Of a DNA stretch of 54,493 nucleotides, positions 7,629 to 16,161 are shown piece after piece. Under the pieces are notes generated by a model, which saw nothing but the letters and a program-made list of their open reading frames with translations, searched no databases and was not told the origin of the DNA. The stretch's first letter is position 1, and each line of letters begins with the position of its first letter. Source of the DNA: a virus (lineage: Duplodnaviria; Caudoviricetes); the IMG/VR virus record IMGVR_UViG_3300048996_000054, positions 1-54,493 of that record; one strand, written 5' to 3'. The translations under genes and the position numbers were made by a program.

Positions 7629-9560
7629 TTAGGCGGCTTTCGCCAGTTGGTCGCACACCACGGCCAAGTGGCTGATGGCGGCATGGAGAATTCGCGGCAG
7701 GTCGCCGTGGTGGTACAACTTGGCGGCGCCCTCGCGGCCGGCCGGCGGGAAGCCGAGGGTTTCCAGGCCGGCGGCGTCGATCTGGAACGGGGCGATATGG
7801 GCCTTGATCTGGCCGAGGGTCATAGTCGGAGGTCCGGCAGGCGCGGCCGGCGCCCGGGTGGGCATGGGGATGACGGCGGGGCCGGCGGCGGGCTTTGCGG
7901 CCTCCGCGGCATGGTGGACCGCCAGGTCGGCGATGATCCCGCTGGCGGCCTGCTCCATCGCGTCTAGCAGCTGCGGCGGCAGGTCGTCGGCCTCACGGGC
8001 GCCGCTGATCGCTTCCATGGCAGCGGAGCCGGCGGCATTCGCCTCGGCGCGGCGGCGCTGGATCTCCGCCTGGCGCTCCTGTTCGACCTGTGCCGCCGCC
8101 TGTTGACGCTGCGCCTGCTGGGCGGCCTCCCGCTGCCGGCGCTCCTCGGCTTCCCGCGCCTCCTGCTCGCGCTGCAGCTTGGCCTGCTCCTCGGCCCGGA
8201 TGCGGGCGCGCTCGCGTTCCGCCAGTTCGGCGGCCCGGCGTTCTTCGGCGGCGCGGTGCTCCGCGATCCGACCCTTTACCAGCTCGCGGACGTCGTCGGC
8301 CGGCTTGCTGATGAAGGCGAGCCGGTCGGCGAATAGGTGCTCATAGCCCTTGGCCTCGTCATCCAGGGCGGCCAGCGCCGCACGGATCTTGCGGGCGGAC
8401 TCGTCGGCCGCGATCTTGGCGTTGGCCAGCACCGTGTCCAGCGCGTCCTGCATGCTGGCGAAGCTGCGCTTGCTCTTGATGGCGCCGGCCCAGTCGGGGG
8501 TAGGGAGAACGATCCAAGGCCCGCCGGTGGCGACCTTGGACGCCTCGATGTGTTGCTCGTAGGCGCTGCGCGCCGCGGAGATCATGGCCGCCTTCTTGGC
8601 CTTGTCCTCGCGCTCGACGTCCTGCTCGAGTTTCAGGGCCGTCAGGCGCATGTCCTCGCACCAGGCGTCGATCATCCGGGCGGCCTCACCGACGGTGACG
8701 GTCTGCGCCAGCATGGCGTCTTTGGCCAGCCGGGCCTGCTGGATGTTGTCGCGCAGCAGCTTGGCCGACTCCTTGGCGTTGCTGAAGTCCTGGTCGGTCA
8801 CCAGCGCGATGGCTCGGACCTCCGCCAGCCTCTTCGCCAGCGCCTGGCCGTACTCCTGCATGTTGCTGGTGGTGATCTCGCCCTTGGCGTGGATCACCAG
8901 CGCCGGCAGCGCGAGCGTCACTTCGGCGGCGGGCCGCTCCTTGATGTCGGCCGGCGTGTAGACGGCGAGGTCGGCATCGAACTGGTCCCAGCCGGCGACG
9001 ACGCGCTCCATCCAGAGCAGGGCCTCCTCGCGGGTCACCTTGGCCCAGACCATGCGCTCCGGCGTGCCGTCGGAGACGACGAAGTACAGTTCTTCGGCGC
9101 CGGTGACCAGCAGGACCTGGGTGCACTGCGGCATGTGCTCGTCGGGCACCAAGCCGGCCGCCACCATTGCCGCGAGGTCCTCGGCCCACTGCTTGTGCTC
9201 GATGGCGATCCGGTCGTCCATGGTCAGGCCGTCGCAGCTGGCGGACAGATGGCCGCGCGACATGGTCACTGGGTAGAGGTCCTCGCCGATCAGCTTCTCG
9301 AGCAGCGGCCGGGCCTTGGCCTCAACCTCGTGGCCCTTGTCCAGCACGTTGCGCTGCAGCCATTCGCTGAATTCGCGCGCCAGGCCGGTGTGCTTCATGT
9401 GCAGCAGCTCGGTGCGCTTCATCTTTTTCGACAGGCCGAGGGCGGCTGCCGCCTCGCTGGCGCCGCGGTGCTGCAGCCGGAACTGGTGCCAGGCATCGGT
9501 GCCCTGAGCCAACTGGTGGGTGACCTTCGGCAGGGCGAGGATTTCGTCGAGGCGGCTCAC
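7629..9560 (-). CDS. YqaJ-like viral recombinase exonuclease with long coiled-coil C-terminus
   Basis: QGTDAWHQFR...ASEAAAALG, GHEVE..AR, SASCDGL, EHK; adjacent to RecT. Confidence 0.9.
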   Translation of the reverse strand: MSRLDEILALPKVTHQLAQGTDAWHQFRLQHRGASEAAAALGLSKKMKRTELLHMKHTGLAREFSEWLQRNVLDKGHEVEAKARPLLEKLIGEDLYPVTMSRGHLSASCDGLTMDDRIAIEHKQWAEDLAAMVAAGLVPDEHMPQCTQVLLVTGAEELYFVVSDGTPERMVWAKVTREEALLWMERVVAGWDQFDADLAVYTPADIKERPAAEVTLALPALVIHAKGEITTSNMQEYGQALAKRLAEVRAIALVTDQDFSNAKESAKLLRDNIQQARLAKDAMLAQTVTVGEAARMIDAWCEDMRLTALKLEQDVEREDKAKKAAMISAARSAYEQHIEASKVATGGPWIVLPTPDWAGAIKSKRSFASMQDALDTVLANAKIAADESARKIRAALAALDDEAKGYEHLFADRLAFISKPADDVRELVKGRIAEHRAAEERRAAELAERERARIRAEEQAKLQREQEAREAEERRQREAAQQAQRQQAAAQVEQERQAEIQRRRAEANAAGSAAMEAISGAREADDLPPQLLDAMEQAASGIIADLAVHHAAEAAKPAAGPAVIPMPTRAPAAPAGPPTMTLGQIKAHIAPFQIDAAGLETLGFPPAGREGAAKLYHHGDLPRILHAAISHLAVVCDQLAKAA

Positions 9561-10537
9561 GATGCAGCCCCTTGGCCGGAGGTACCCTTGATGGCCCAGC
9601 TCGCGATCTCCACCTTCTGCTCCTGCGTCAGCGTGTTCTTCGTCTCCGCCGTGGCGATAACGTCGTTCACGGTCTTGCCCCCGGCGATGGCCTTTTTCCA
9701 GCCTTCAGCCTTGTTGGCGAAGTCCTCGTCGGACAGTGCCGGAAGCCCGACCGCGCCCGCGCCGGTGGAGTCGTCGTCATTGCCAGCGCCGTCGTCGCTG
9801 GCGGACGGGTCCGGGGTCGCCACCCAGGTCTCGGCGTCGATCACCACGTTCTGGCCACGCTCCGCCGCGTTGGCTACGTCCATGGCGGCCGTGAGTTCGA
9901 TCGACTGGGGCATGTACTTCAGCACCTGGAGCAGCGGCACCTTGCGTGCGTACATTTCCCAGTTGTCGTAGCTGTAGTGACGCTTGCCGACCTTGTTGAA
10001 CTTGTCGCGGTGGTTGGCGATCTTGCGAATCGGCCAGACCTCGATCACCGGAACATCGTTTCCCTTGATGCGGCCGATCGCATACACGTGCGTCAGGTTC
10101 GCCGGGTTGTCGTCGCCGTTATCACCCGGCTTGTGCGTGACGAAGGGGCGATCGCCCAGCGCGTAGTCGAAGTCATCACCTTTGTAGACGGCGCCCGTCC
10201 AGACCGTGCAGCGGCCGGAGCGGTTGGCGAGATCCACAAGGCCTTTCCAACCGGGGACGAAGGTGCAGGTGCCCTTGTACGTGATCAGGTAGCCCTGGCC
10301 GTTGACGTTGGGCTCCAGCCCCAGCTGGCAGGCCGTGAGGATGGACGCGGCGATGCTGCGTTGGGAGCAGTTGCCCAGTTCGGGGTTGCTACTGAACACC
10401 GTCAGCGCCAAGCGCGTGATGCGGCCCGGCTTCATGAAGGTGGGGAGGGCCAGCGCCATCTGCGGCTCCAGCTTCTTCAACCAGCTGCCGAACTGGGTCG
10501 GGCTGTCGAAGTGCGCTACTTGTCGGTCGTTGCTCAT
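9557..10537 (-). CDS. recT: RecT-family single-strand annealing protein
   Basis: QLGLEPN..GQGYLI, GWKGLVDLANRSG, MYARKV..QVLKYMPQSIE. Confidence 0.92.
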   Translation of the reverse strand: MSNDRQVAHFDSPTQFGSWLKKLEPQMALALPTFMKPGRITRLALTVFSSNPELGNCSQRSIAASILTACQLGLEPNVNGQGYLITYKGTCTFVPGWKGLVDLANRSGRCTVWTGAVYKGDDFDYALGDRPFVTHKPGDNGDDNPANLTHVYAIGRIKGNDVPVIEVWPIRKIANHRDKFNKVGKRHYSYDNWEMYARKVPLLQVLKYMPQSIELTAAMDVANAAERGQNVVIDAETWVATPDPSASDDGAGNDDDSTGAGAVGLPALSDEDFANKAEGWKKAIAGGKTVNDVIATAETKNTLTQEQKVEIASWAIKGTSGQGAAS

Positions 10538-10545
10538 GGTTTCTT

Positions 10546-10851
10546 TCAGCGGAAGAAGGGAAGGGAGACCACCAGGGCGCGCAGGAGGGACTCGCGGCGG
10601 CTGAAGAACATCCGGCGATGCCGGCGATAGGCGGCGACAAAGTCGGTGTCCAGCACGCGGCAGACGACGGCCGCGATCAGGATGCGTAGCGCCATGGAAG
10701 CCAGCACCAGGGTGGAGCGGCGGCGCTGGCCCGGCGACAGCAGAACCGCCTGGATGATCTCGGCCTGCGATCCCAGGGGCTGCGGCGGCGGGGTCCAGGC
10801 TCCGCCGATGACGATGCCTGTCCGCGTGGTGACGATGCGGGCGCGATTCAT
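10546..10851 (-). CDS. hypothetical protein
   Basis: MNRARIVTTRTGIVIGGAW...; start ATG 10851. Confidence 0.55.
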   Translation of the reverse strand: MNRARIVTTRTGIVIGGAWTPPPQPLGSQAEIIQAVLLSPGQRRRSTLVLASMALRILIAAVVCRVLDTDFVAAYRRHRRMFFSRRESLLRALVVSLPFFR

Positions 10852-11018
10852 GCGAACCACCATCCGACGATGCCGGCCCAGACGGATACGACGAACACCA
10901 GGGCAGCGAAGCCGGCGGGGCTTTGCACGAACTTGGCTGACGCCGCCTTGCAGCACGTGCAGCTCTTGTAATTGCCAGTCGCCAGATAGGCGCGGTTGCA
11001 GCAGGTGGGGGAGGTCAT
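10848..11018 (-). CDS. small Cys-rich membrane protein (56 aa)
   Basis: Hand translation MTSPTCCNRAYLATGNYKSCTCCKAASAKFVQSPAGFAALVFVVSVWAGIVGWWFA; ATGA overlaps on both sides. Confidence 0.6.
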   Translation of the reverse strand: MTSPTCCNRAYLATGNYKSCTCCKAASAKFVQSPAGFAALVFVVSVWAGIVGWWFA

Positions 11019-11383
11019 GTGGCGCTCCCGGTAGCCTTGGCGATGGCGGCGCGGTAACGCTCGGCGTCGGCCGGCGTGATCTGGTCGAACCAGTGGGCCG
11101 CGTGCTTGAGCTCGCGCACCAGCTCGTTGATCACCTCATCGCGCTCGTCGAAGGGCGCCAACTCGTGCGCCGGGACGTGCTGCCGGTAAATGCGCAGCTC
11201 GTGATCGTCGGCGTTGATCGGCGGGATGACGAGGGCGTCGTCGAGGACGATGTCGGCGTGCAGCACGTCCTCCTCGATGCAGAGGCCGCGCACCACACCC
11301 GTGACGCGCTTGCCGTGGAAGTCGTGATGCCGAACGCGCTGGCCGATGCGCAGCGAGATTTCGACGCCGGCGGCCGCGCTCAT
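11015..11383 (-). CDS. hypothetical protein
   Basis: MSAAAGVEISLRIGQRVRH...AAIAKATG; ATGA-coupled. Confidence 0.6.
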   Translation of the reverse strand: MSAAAGVEISLRIGQRVRHHDFHGKRVTGVVRGLCIEEDVLHADIVLDDALVIPPINADDHELRIYRQHVPAHELAPFDERDEVINELVRELKHAAHWFDQITPADAERYRAAIAKATGSAT

Positions 11384-11724
11384 GACGGCACCCCACAGGT
11401 GCAGGCCCCGACGAAGCCGCGATGGCTCTCGCCGGTCGAGGTGCCGCCGCACAGGGTGCAACTGCGCTGGTAGTGCGCCGGCAGCTGCATCAGGCGCTTC
11501 TGCGCTTCGACGAATGCCTTGGGCCAGGTGGTCCCGGTTTGCGCCCGGGATGCCTTGATGCGATCGGCCAGGGCCTGCATCTCCGCGGCCAAGCCCATGA
11601 TGGTGGGCTCCGGCTCATCGTTCTGCGCTGCGAGGTGGTTACCCTTCGCTCGAATCTCGAAGGCACCACCGGGCCGCCCCGCCGCTACCTGCACTTGCCC
11701 CGTGGGCTTTGGTGAGGTGGTCAT
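11380..11724 (-). CDS. hypothetical protein with C-terminal Cys cluster
   Basis: MTTSPKPTGQVQVAA...CTLC...CTC; ATGA-coupled. Confidence 0.55.
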   Translation of the reverse strand: MTTSPKPTGQVQVAAGRPGGAFEIRAKGNHLAAQNDEPEPTIMGLAAEMQALADRIKASRAQTGTTWPKAFVEAQKRLMQLPAHYQRSCTLCGGTSTGESHRGFVGACTCGVPS

Positions 11725-11993
11725 GCGCGGGCTCCCGTGGCCCGTGCAGTCAAGCCGCGCCAGGCGCGAGGTTTCGGCGCGCCGTCGTAACGCCCCCGCA
11801 TAGCCTCGGTCTCTTGCGGATCGCTGCACCCGTAGTGCCACCGCGTTCCGTCCCAGAACTGGTACTCCTCGCGCACGCCGAAGTCCTTCTGGTAGACGCC
11901 AACGCGAACCGGCGCCACATCGGCTGGGAACCAACGGGTCAGCCGCGGCCGCCTGGTCTCCGCCGCTACCTGTACTTGCCTTGCCTGCTCCAT
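11721..11993 (-). CDS. first gene of the pL operon, hypothetical
   Basis: TRWFPADVAPVRVGVYQ...FWDGTRW...WRGL phage motif; GAGGAG RBS. Confidence 0.7.
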   Translation of the reverse strand: MEQARQVQVAAETRRPRLTRWFPADVAPVRVGVYQKDFGVREEYQFWDGTRWHYGCSDPQETEAMRGRYDGAPKPRAWRGLTARATGARA

Positions 11994-12030
11994 CTTTCAG
12001 CTCCTCGCCGTGTTTGGTGGCGTGGAGTGA

Positions 12031-12073
12031 AGTATGGACAAACATGTCCATGGCAGCAAGACATATTTGTCTA
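12031..12073 (-). promoter_or_regulatory. pL promoter with two operators (OL)
   Basis: Minus strand TTGCTG-17-CATACT; palindromes TGGACA-AACA-TGTCCA (12035-12050) and AAGACA-TATT-TGTCTA (12058-12073). Confidence 0.8.
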
Positions 12074-12219
12074 TTTCCGACTAATGGTAGTGGGTACTCG
12101 AAACAGGTGTGAACGGTCGGTTTCGACGGACAGGTGGCAGAGGTGTGGAAAGCCTCTCGCTGACGCCTCGCCCGAATGGATGAGGCAGACCTAAGTGGTG
12201 CGGGTAGTCCCTAAGTTTG

Positions 12220-12307
12220 ACGTCCGCATTCCGCAAGCCGCTTTACTGATGAGTAGTGCCGATTTGCGGAATACGGACGTTTTGGACCGTCCGAATTCCT
12301 GACGGTC
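12220..12307. promoter_or_regulatory. second operator set upstream of the XRE gene
   Basis: 17-bp inverted repeat 12220-12236 / 12264-12280 (1 mismatch) plus a third GTCCGnATTCC copy near 12288. Confidence 0.55.
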
Positions 12308-12375
12308 TTCATCGTCGTATGACAATCCAGTGCCACCATCTGACCCAGCAAACAACGAAGTTATGAAGGTCAGTA

Positions 12376-12705
12376 GTGAGTCAAGAGGAATTCAGCCAGA
12401 TCGGTGAACGGCTGAGACAGGCCAGAAAGAGAGCAGGGGTAACGCAGGAGCAAGCGGCGGCAGAGGTTAAAGTGGCCCGCAGCACGATCAGCAACTGGGA
12501 AGCGGGCCGAAACCTGCCTTGCCTATTGCAATTTCGGCAGCTCACCAATCTCTACGCAGCGTCCCCGGCCCGGATCTTGAACGGCCGGTCAATCGTGGAG
12601 CTCACCAGGCACGAACGAGTGCAGATCCTCGAAGCGACCCGCTCCCTGGATGAGAGCCTGATGCGCAGGGTTGACCTGCTACTGCAGATGCTCGATCCGG
12701 CGTAG
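12376..12705 (+). CDS. XRE-family HTH transcriptional regulator
   Basis: IGERLRQARKRAGVTQEQAA..V.V.RSTISNWEAGRNLP. Confidence 0.9.
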   Translation: MSQEEFSQIGERLRQARKRAGVTQEQAAAEVKVARSTISNWEAGRNLPCLLQFRQLTNLYAASPARILNGRSIVELTRHERVQILEATRSLDESLMRRVDLLLQMLDPA

Positions 12706-12972
12706 CTTCCTGTACTCCCTCACATCCACCAGCGTCTTGAACCGGTGGTCGTCCTTGGACAGCCAGTGCATGTTCTGCCTGGTGTCCGGCCCGCCAGCGC
12801 ATAGCGGCACGATGTGATCGACCTCCCAACCTGGGCAGGAGCCGCGGCGTAGGCTGGTGGCAGGGCAGGGGTTCTCTCGGATAAAAGCGCGGCGCTCGGC
12901 GGCTGACCGTGGCGTTTGGCCAGCCACCGAATGCGCCATCAAAGCAAGCAGGATCGCCGCAAGTGCCTGCAC
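12679..12972 (-). CDS. HNH endonuclease with N-terminal signal peptide
   Basis: MQALAAILLALMAHSVAG leader; PCPAT...CPGWEVDHIVPLCAGGPD...NM.WL...H..KT. Confidence 0.8.
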   Translation of the reverse strand: MQALAAILLALMAHSVAGQTPRSAAERRAFIRENPCPATSLRRGSCPGWEVDHIVPLCAGGPDTRQNMHWLSKDDHRFKTLVDVREYRKLRRIEHLQ

Positions 12973-12976
12973 GGCG

Positions 12977-13147
12977 CTATGGTGACTTGAGCCAGGCTAT
13001 CAAGTGCGCGAGTACGTAGGCAGGCCAGTAGAGCACTCTCTCCGCTGTCCAGAAAACCAAATCCTCTTCGCGGCGCTGGTGTCGACACAGCCATGCGACT
13101 GCACCTCCAATCGCCATGTACGCGGCCCATGCGATGACGGCATCCAT
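12977..13147 (-). CDS. small two-TM membrane protein (56 aa)
   Basis: Hand translation MDAVIAWAAYMAIGGAVAWLCRHQRREEDLVFWTAERVLYWPAYVLAHLIAWLKSP; AGGGG RBS; fills the gap between cI and the HNH gene. Confidence 0.6.
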   Translation of the reverse strand: MDAVIAWAAYMAIGGAVAWLCRHQRREEDLVFWTAERVLYWPAYVLAHLIAWLKSP

Positions 13148-13159
13148 GCTCGGCCCCTG

Positions 13160-13501
13160 TTAGTGGTGAACCGCCTCTAGGACCTCGAGTGGCCGCCTGA
13201 TCGGCTTCTCGTTCGGCTGTAGCCCAGGGATGAGGATCTGCCAAGGCTCCAGGTCGAAGAACTTGGCGATCAGCTCTATCGCGTCCAGCTGCGGCGCGAC
13301 CTCCCGGTCGAGATAGCGGCGGATGCTCTTACTGGAAATCCCGGCCTTCCAGCCGGGCAACTTGACCAGGCTCTCCGGCGACATCCCCTTCTCGTGGGCA
13401 TCCATCAGCCGCCGAAGGTTCTCGGCGAACTCCTTGACCGACTGGCTCGCGCGAGCGCGTTCTTCCGCTGGCGTCAGGCTGCTACTTGGCTGCTTCCCCA
13501 T
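13160..13501 (-). CDS. cI: CI-like repressor (HTH only)
   Basis: FAENLRRLM...AGISSKSIRRYL...PQLDAIELIAKFFDLEPWQIL; divergent from cro across the operator cluster. Confidence 0.75.
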   Translation of the reverse strand: MGKQPSSSLTPAEERARASQSVKEFAENLRRLMDAHEKGMSPESLVKLPGWKAGISSKSIRRYLDREVAPQLDAIELIAKFFDLEPWQILIPGLQPNEKPIRRPLEVLEAVHH

Positions 13502-13523
13502 CCCTGAATCATCGCCCAAGGCG

Positions 13524-13603
13524 TTGACATATTTGCCCAAAGAGAGATGGTTGGCATTCATGGACACATTTGTCTTGTAGAAATGGACATATACGTCTAT
13601 GCT
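13524..13603 (+). promoter_or_regulatory. OR operators and pR promoter
   Basis: TTGACA-TATT-TGCCCA (13524), TGGACA-CATT-TGTCTT (13561), TGGACA-TATA-CGTCTA (13584); TTGTAG-17-TATGCT at 13575-13603. Confidence 0.8.
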
Positions 13604-13609
13604 TGCCGT

Positions 13610-13819
13610 ATGAGCGATCAACCCGACCTTCTCGGCGATGTCGTCCGCGAGCTGAACAACCGGCAAGGCGACCTCGTGACAGTGGCCCGTGAGACCGGCA
13701 TCCCCTACGACACGGTGCTGCGGATCAAGCGACAGGAGAACGACCCCGGCTACTCCAAGGTCGCGGCACTGCATCGCTACCTGTTCGCAGGGACCCGCGA
13801 AGAACAGAAAGCCGCCTGA
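13610..13819 (+). CDS. cro: Cro-like HTH regulator
   Basis: VARETGIPYDTVLRIK...DPGYSKVAALHRY; 69 aa from ATG 13610. Confidence 0.8.
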   Translation: MSDQPDLLGDVVRELNNRQGDLVTVARETGIPYDTVLRIKRQENDPGYSKVAALHRYLFAGTREEQKAA

Positions 13820-13849
13820 CCCCATAACGACATCCCACCCGGAGACAAC

Positions 13850-14167
13850 ATGCCTGAAGGAACACCCACCGGCGAGCCGATGCTTTCGCGGCCGTTGCAG
13901 ATCGGCCCATTCGGCACGATGCACGCGGAGCTGAAGTGCGCGATCGACCAGCAGACGCTGGAGTCCTTTGACCGCAAGGCCCACGCGGCCGGCGTCACCC
14001 GCTCGGATGTGTTGCGCAATCTCGCGTACCTGTTCGTGCATGGAAAGTCGTTCGACGTCTTGATGGCTGAGGCGGCCAATCGTCGTATGCGGCTGCTCCT
14101 GGGGGAAGGGCTTGAACTGGCCCAGGAAATCCAGGCGCTGCAGGTGCGCGGCGAGGTGCAGGCATGA
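13850..14167 (+). CDS. CII-position regulator (ribbon-helix-helix-like)
   Basis: LK..ID......FDRKAHAAGVTRSDVLRNL; follows cro. Confidence 0.55.
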   Translation: MPEGTPTGEPMLSRPLQIGPFGTMHAELKCAIDQQTLESFDRKAHAAGVTRSDVLRNLAYLFVHGKSFDVLMAEAANRRMRLLLGEGLELAQEIQALQVRGEVQA

Positions 14168-14376
14168 CCAGCAAGCAGAAGATCGCCATCGGCCCTCTGT
14201 CGACCAAGGCCCGCGGCAGCCACTACCAGCCCTCGAGGGCCGACTTCACGGGCTACCAAGTGCCGGTGTGCAACGCCTCGAGCAAGGCTCCGCTGGTGAT
14301 GGGGCAGGGCTGGGCATCAGCTCCGCGGCCTGGATCGCTGGACTACAAGCGGCATCCGTCGAAGGGCGGCTGCTAG
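14164..14376 (+). CDS. hypothetical protein
   Basis: 70 aa, RPGSLDYKRHPS motif, ATGA-coupled. Confidence 0.55.
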   Translation: MTSKQKIAIGPLSTKARGSHYQPSRADFTGYQVPVCNASSKAPLVMGQGWASAPRPGSLDYKRHPSKGGC

Positions 14377-14537
14377 GCCATGACCAACCAAGAGCCCGCC
14401 CTCTCCGAGCCTGCCAGCGCTCAGCAGGCGGACTGCCTCCACTCCAATTTCTCAGCAGCAGAACCTGTCAAGGGCCAGACGGTGCCGACGGCTGATGTCG
14501 GAGAACACAGACACAGCCATTGGAAAGGCTATGCCGG

Positions 14538-15344
14538 GTGAGCTTCGACGCGATCAGGTGGGCTCTAGACCAGCCTGTCACCCCTGCGATGACCAAATTT
14601 CTGTTGGTCACCATGGCTGACTGCGTCAACGCCGAAGCAGGAGACATGACCTGTTGGCCGTCGTACGCGCGCCTGGCGAAGCGCACCGGAATGAATACCA
14701 AGACGGTCGAGGCCAGCGTGTCTCGGCTCAAGGAAATCGGATACCTCGTTGACACCGGACGGCGCGCAGGAGACACCGGCAAGGTTGTCGTCTACCGCCT
14801 CAATGACCCCAAGACTGGGTGCATTAAGCCAGGACCTCAGACCCCGAACGCGAACGGCACGCGGCCGCAGAACGACCCCGAAAGTGGTGGCGTTACCCCC
14901 GAAGGTAATCCCCCCAAATCTGACGTTAATCCCCCCAAATTAGGCGGCCAATCCCCCCAAAAAGTGGAGGAAACGACCCCAAAACAGGGTGACGTAATCA
15001 GTAAGGGAACCAAGAAGAGAACCAGGAAAGAACCAGGAAGTGGAGCGGCTGTCGCCGTCATTCCGGGGGTTCCTGCCGTCCTTCTTTCGGACTGGCTGGT
15101 GGTTCGCAAGGACAAGCGCGCCGGCACGTTGACGCAGACCGCCGTCGACGGATTGCTGCGCGAAGCGACGAAGGCAGGGCTCACGCCGGAAGAGGCCGTT
15201 CGCCTGTGCATCGAGAAGAACTGGATCAGCCTGAACGCTGGCTGGGGTGGCGTGACGGCCAGCCCGCTGGTCAAGAGCAAGCACGCCGGGTTCTCCGGCA
15301 AGAACTACCGCGAAGGAGTTTCCGATGACGGATCGTTCCATTGA
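14538..15344 (+). CDS. replication initiator (O-like, N-terminal winged HTH)
   Basis: MSFDAIRWA...KFLLV.MAD...CWPSYARLA..TGM..KTV; internal iterons; upstream of a DnaC-like gene. Confidence 0.85.
   Translation: MSFDAIRWALDQPVTPAMTKFLLVTMADCVNAEAGDMTCWPSYARLAKRTGMNTKTVEASVSRLKEIGYLVDTGRRAGDTGKVVVYRLNDPKTGCIKPGPQTPNANGTRPQNDPESGGVTPEGNPPKSDVNPPKLGGQSPQKVEETTPKQGDVISKGTKKRTRKEPGSGAAVAVIPGVPAVLLSDWLVVRKDKRAGTLTQTAVDGLLREATKAGLTPEEAVRLCIEKNWISLNAGWGGVTASPLVKSKHAGFSGKNYREGVSDDGSFH
14801..14990 (+). repeat. replication origin iterons
   Basis: AATCCCCCCAAA x3 and AA(C/T)GACCCC(G/A)A x3 inside the O-like gene. Confidence 0.7.
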
Positions 15345-16161
15345 AAAGCTCGGCGAGCAGGCGGACACCGTCGCCACCGCCCTGTCTGCAGTTCTTGAGC
15401 CGCTGGGCAGCCGGCAGCAGTCGTGTGACAAGCACGGGGAGTACACCTCCAACGGCACGAAGCTGTCGCGCGGTCGGGAAATCTGGACCCGCTGCCCCGG
15501 CTGCCGCTCCGACTATGACGCCGCGGAGCAGCAGGCGCGCGAACTGCGCGCTGCGGAACAAGCCCGAGCCGACATGGAAGCGAAGTTGGAGCAGGTCGCC
15601 ATCCCGGCCCGCTTCGTTGGCCGCACTCTGGACAACTTCAACGCCGACACCGAGCAGCAAAGCTACGCGCTGACGGTAGCCAGGGACTACGCCGAGAACT
15701 TCAGCCAGTACGCGAAGCGAGGCGAAGGCCTCATCCTGTCTGGGCTGCCTGGCACCGGCAAGAGCCACCTCGCCGCGGCCGTCCTGCAGGCGCTGCTGCC
15801 CCGTCGCGTGGGGATGTACGTCACCTGCATGGGGATCATCCGCAGCGTGCGCGGCACTTGGCGTAAGGATTCGGAGCGCAGCGAGTCCGACGTGCTGCAC
15901 ATCCTGCGCACCGTGCCGCTGCTGGTGGTTGACGAGATCGGAGTGCAGTACGGCACCGATGGCGAGCAGACCATCCTGTTCGATGTGCTGGACGGCCGCT
16001 ACCGCGAGATGCAGCCGACCATCCTGCTGACCAATCAGGACCGGGCCGGCCTGAAGACCTTCATTGGCGAGCGCGCTTATGACCGGTTGACGGAAACCTC
16101 GCGCTGGATTCCCTTCGATTGGCCTAGCTACCGGCTGCAGGCCCGCAAGGAAGCGGCGTGA
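15325..16161 (+). CDS. DnaC/IstB-like helicase loader ATPase
   Basis: CDKHG...CPGC Zn site; GLPGTGKSHLA Walker A; LLVVDEIG Walker B; DRL. Confidence 0.92.
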   Translation: MTDRSIEKLGEQADTVATALSAVLEPLGSRQQSCDKHGEYTSNGTKLSRGREIWTRCPGCRSDYDAAEQQARELRAAEQARADMEAKLEQVAIPARFVGRTLDNFNADTEQQSYALTVARDYAENFSQYAKRGEGLILSGLPGTGKSHLAAAVLQALLPRRVGMYVTCMGIIRSVRGTWRKDSERSESDVLHILRTVPLLVVDEIGVQYGTDGEQTILFDVLDGRYREMQPTILLTNQDRAGLKTFIGERAYDRLTETSRWIPFDWPSYRLQARKEAA

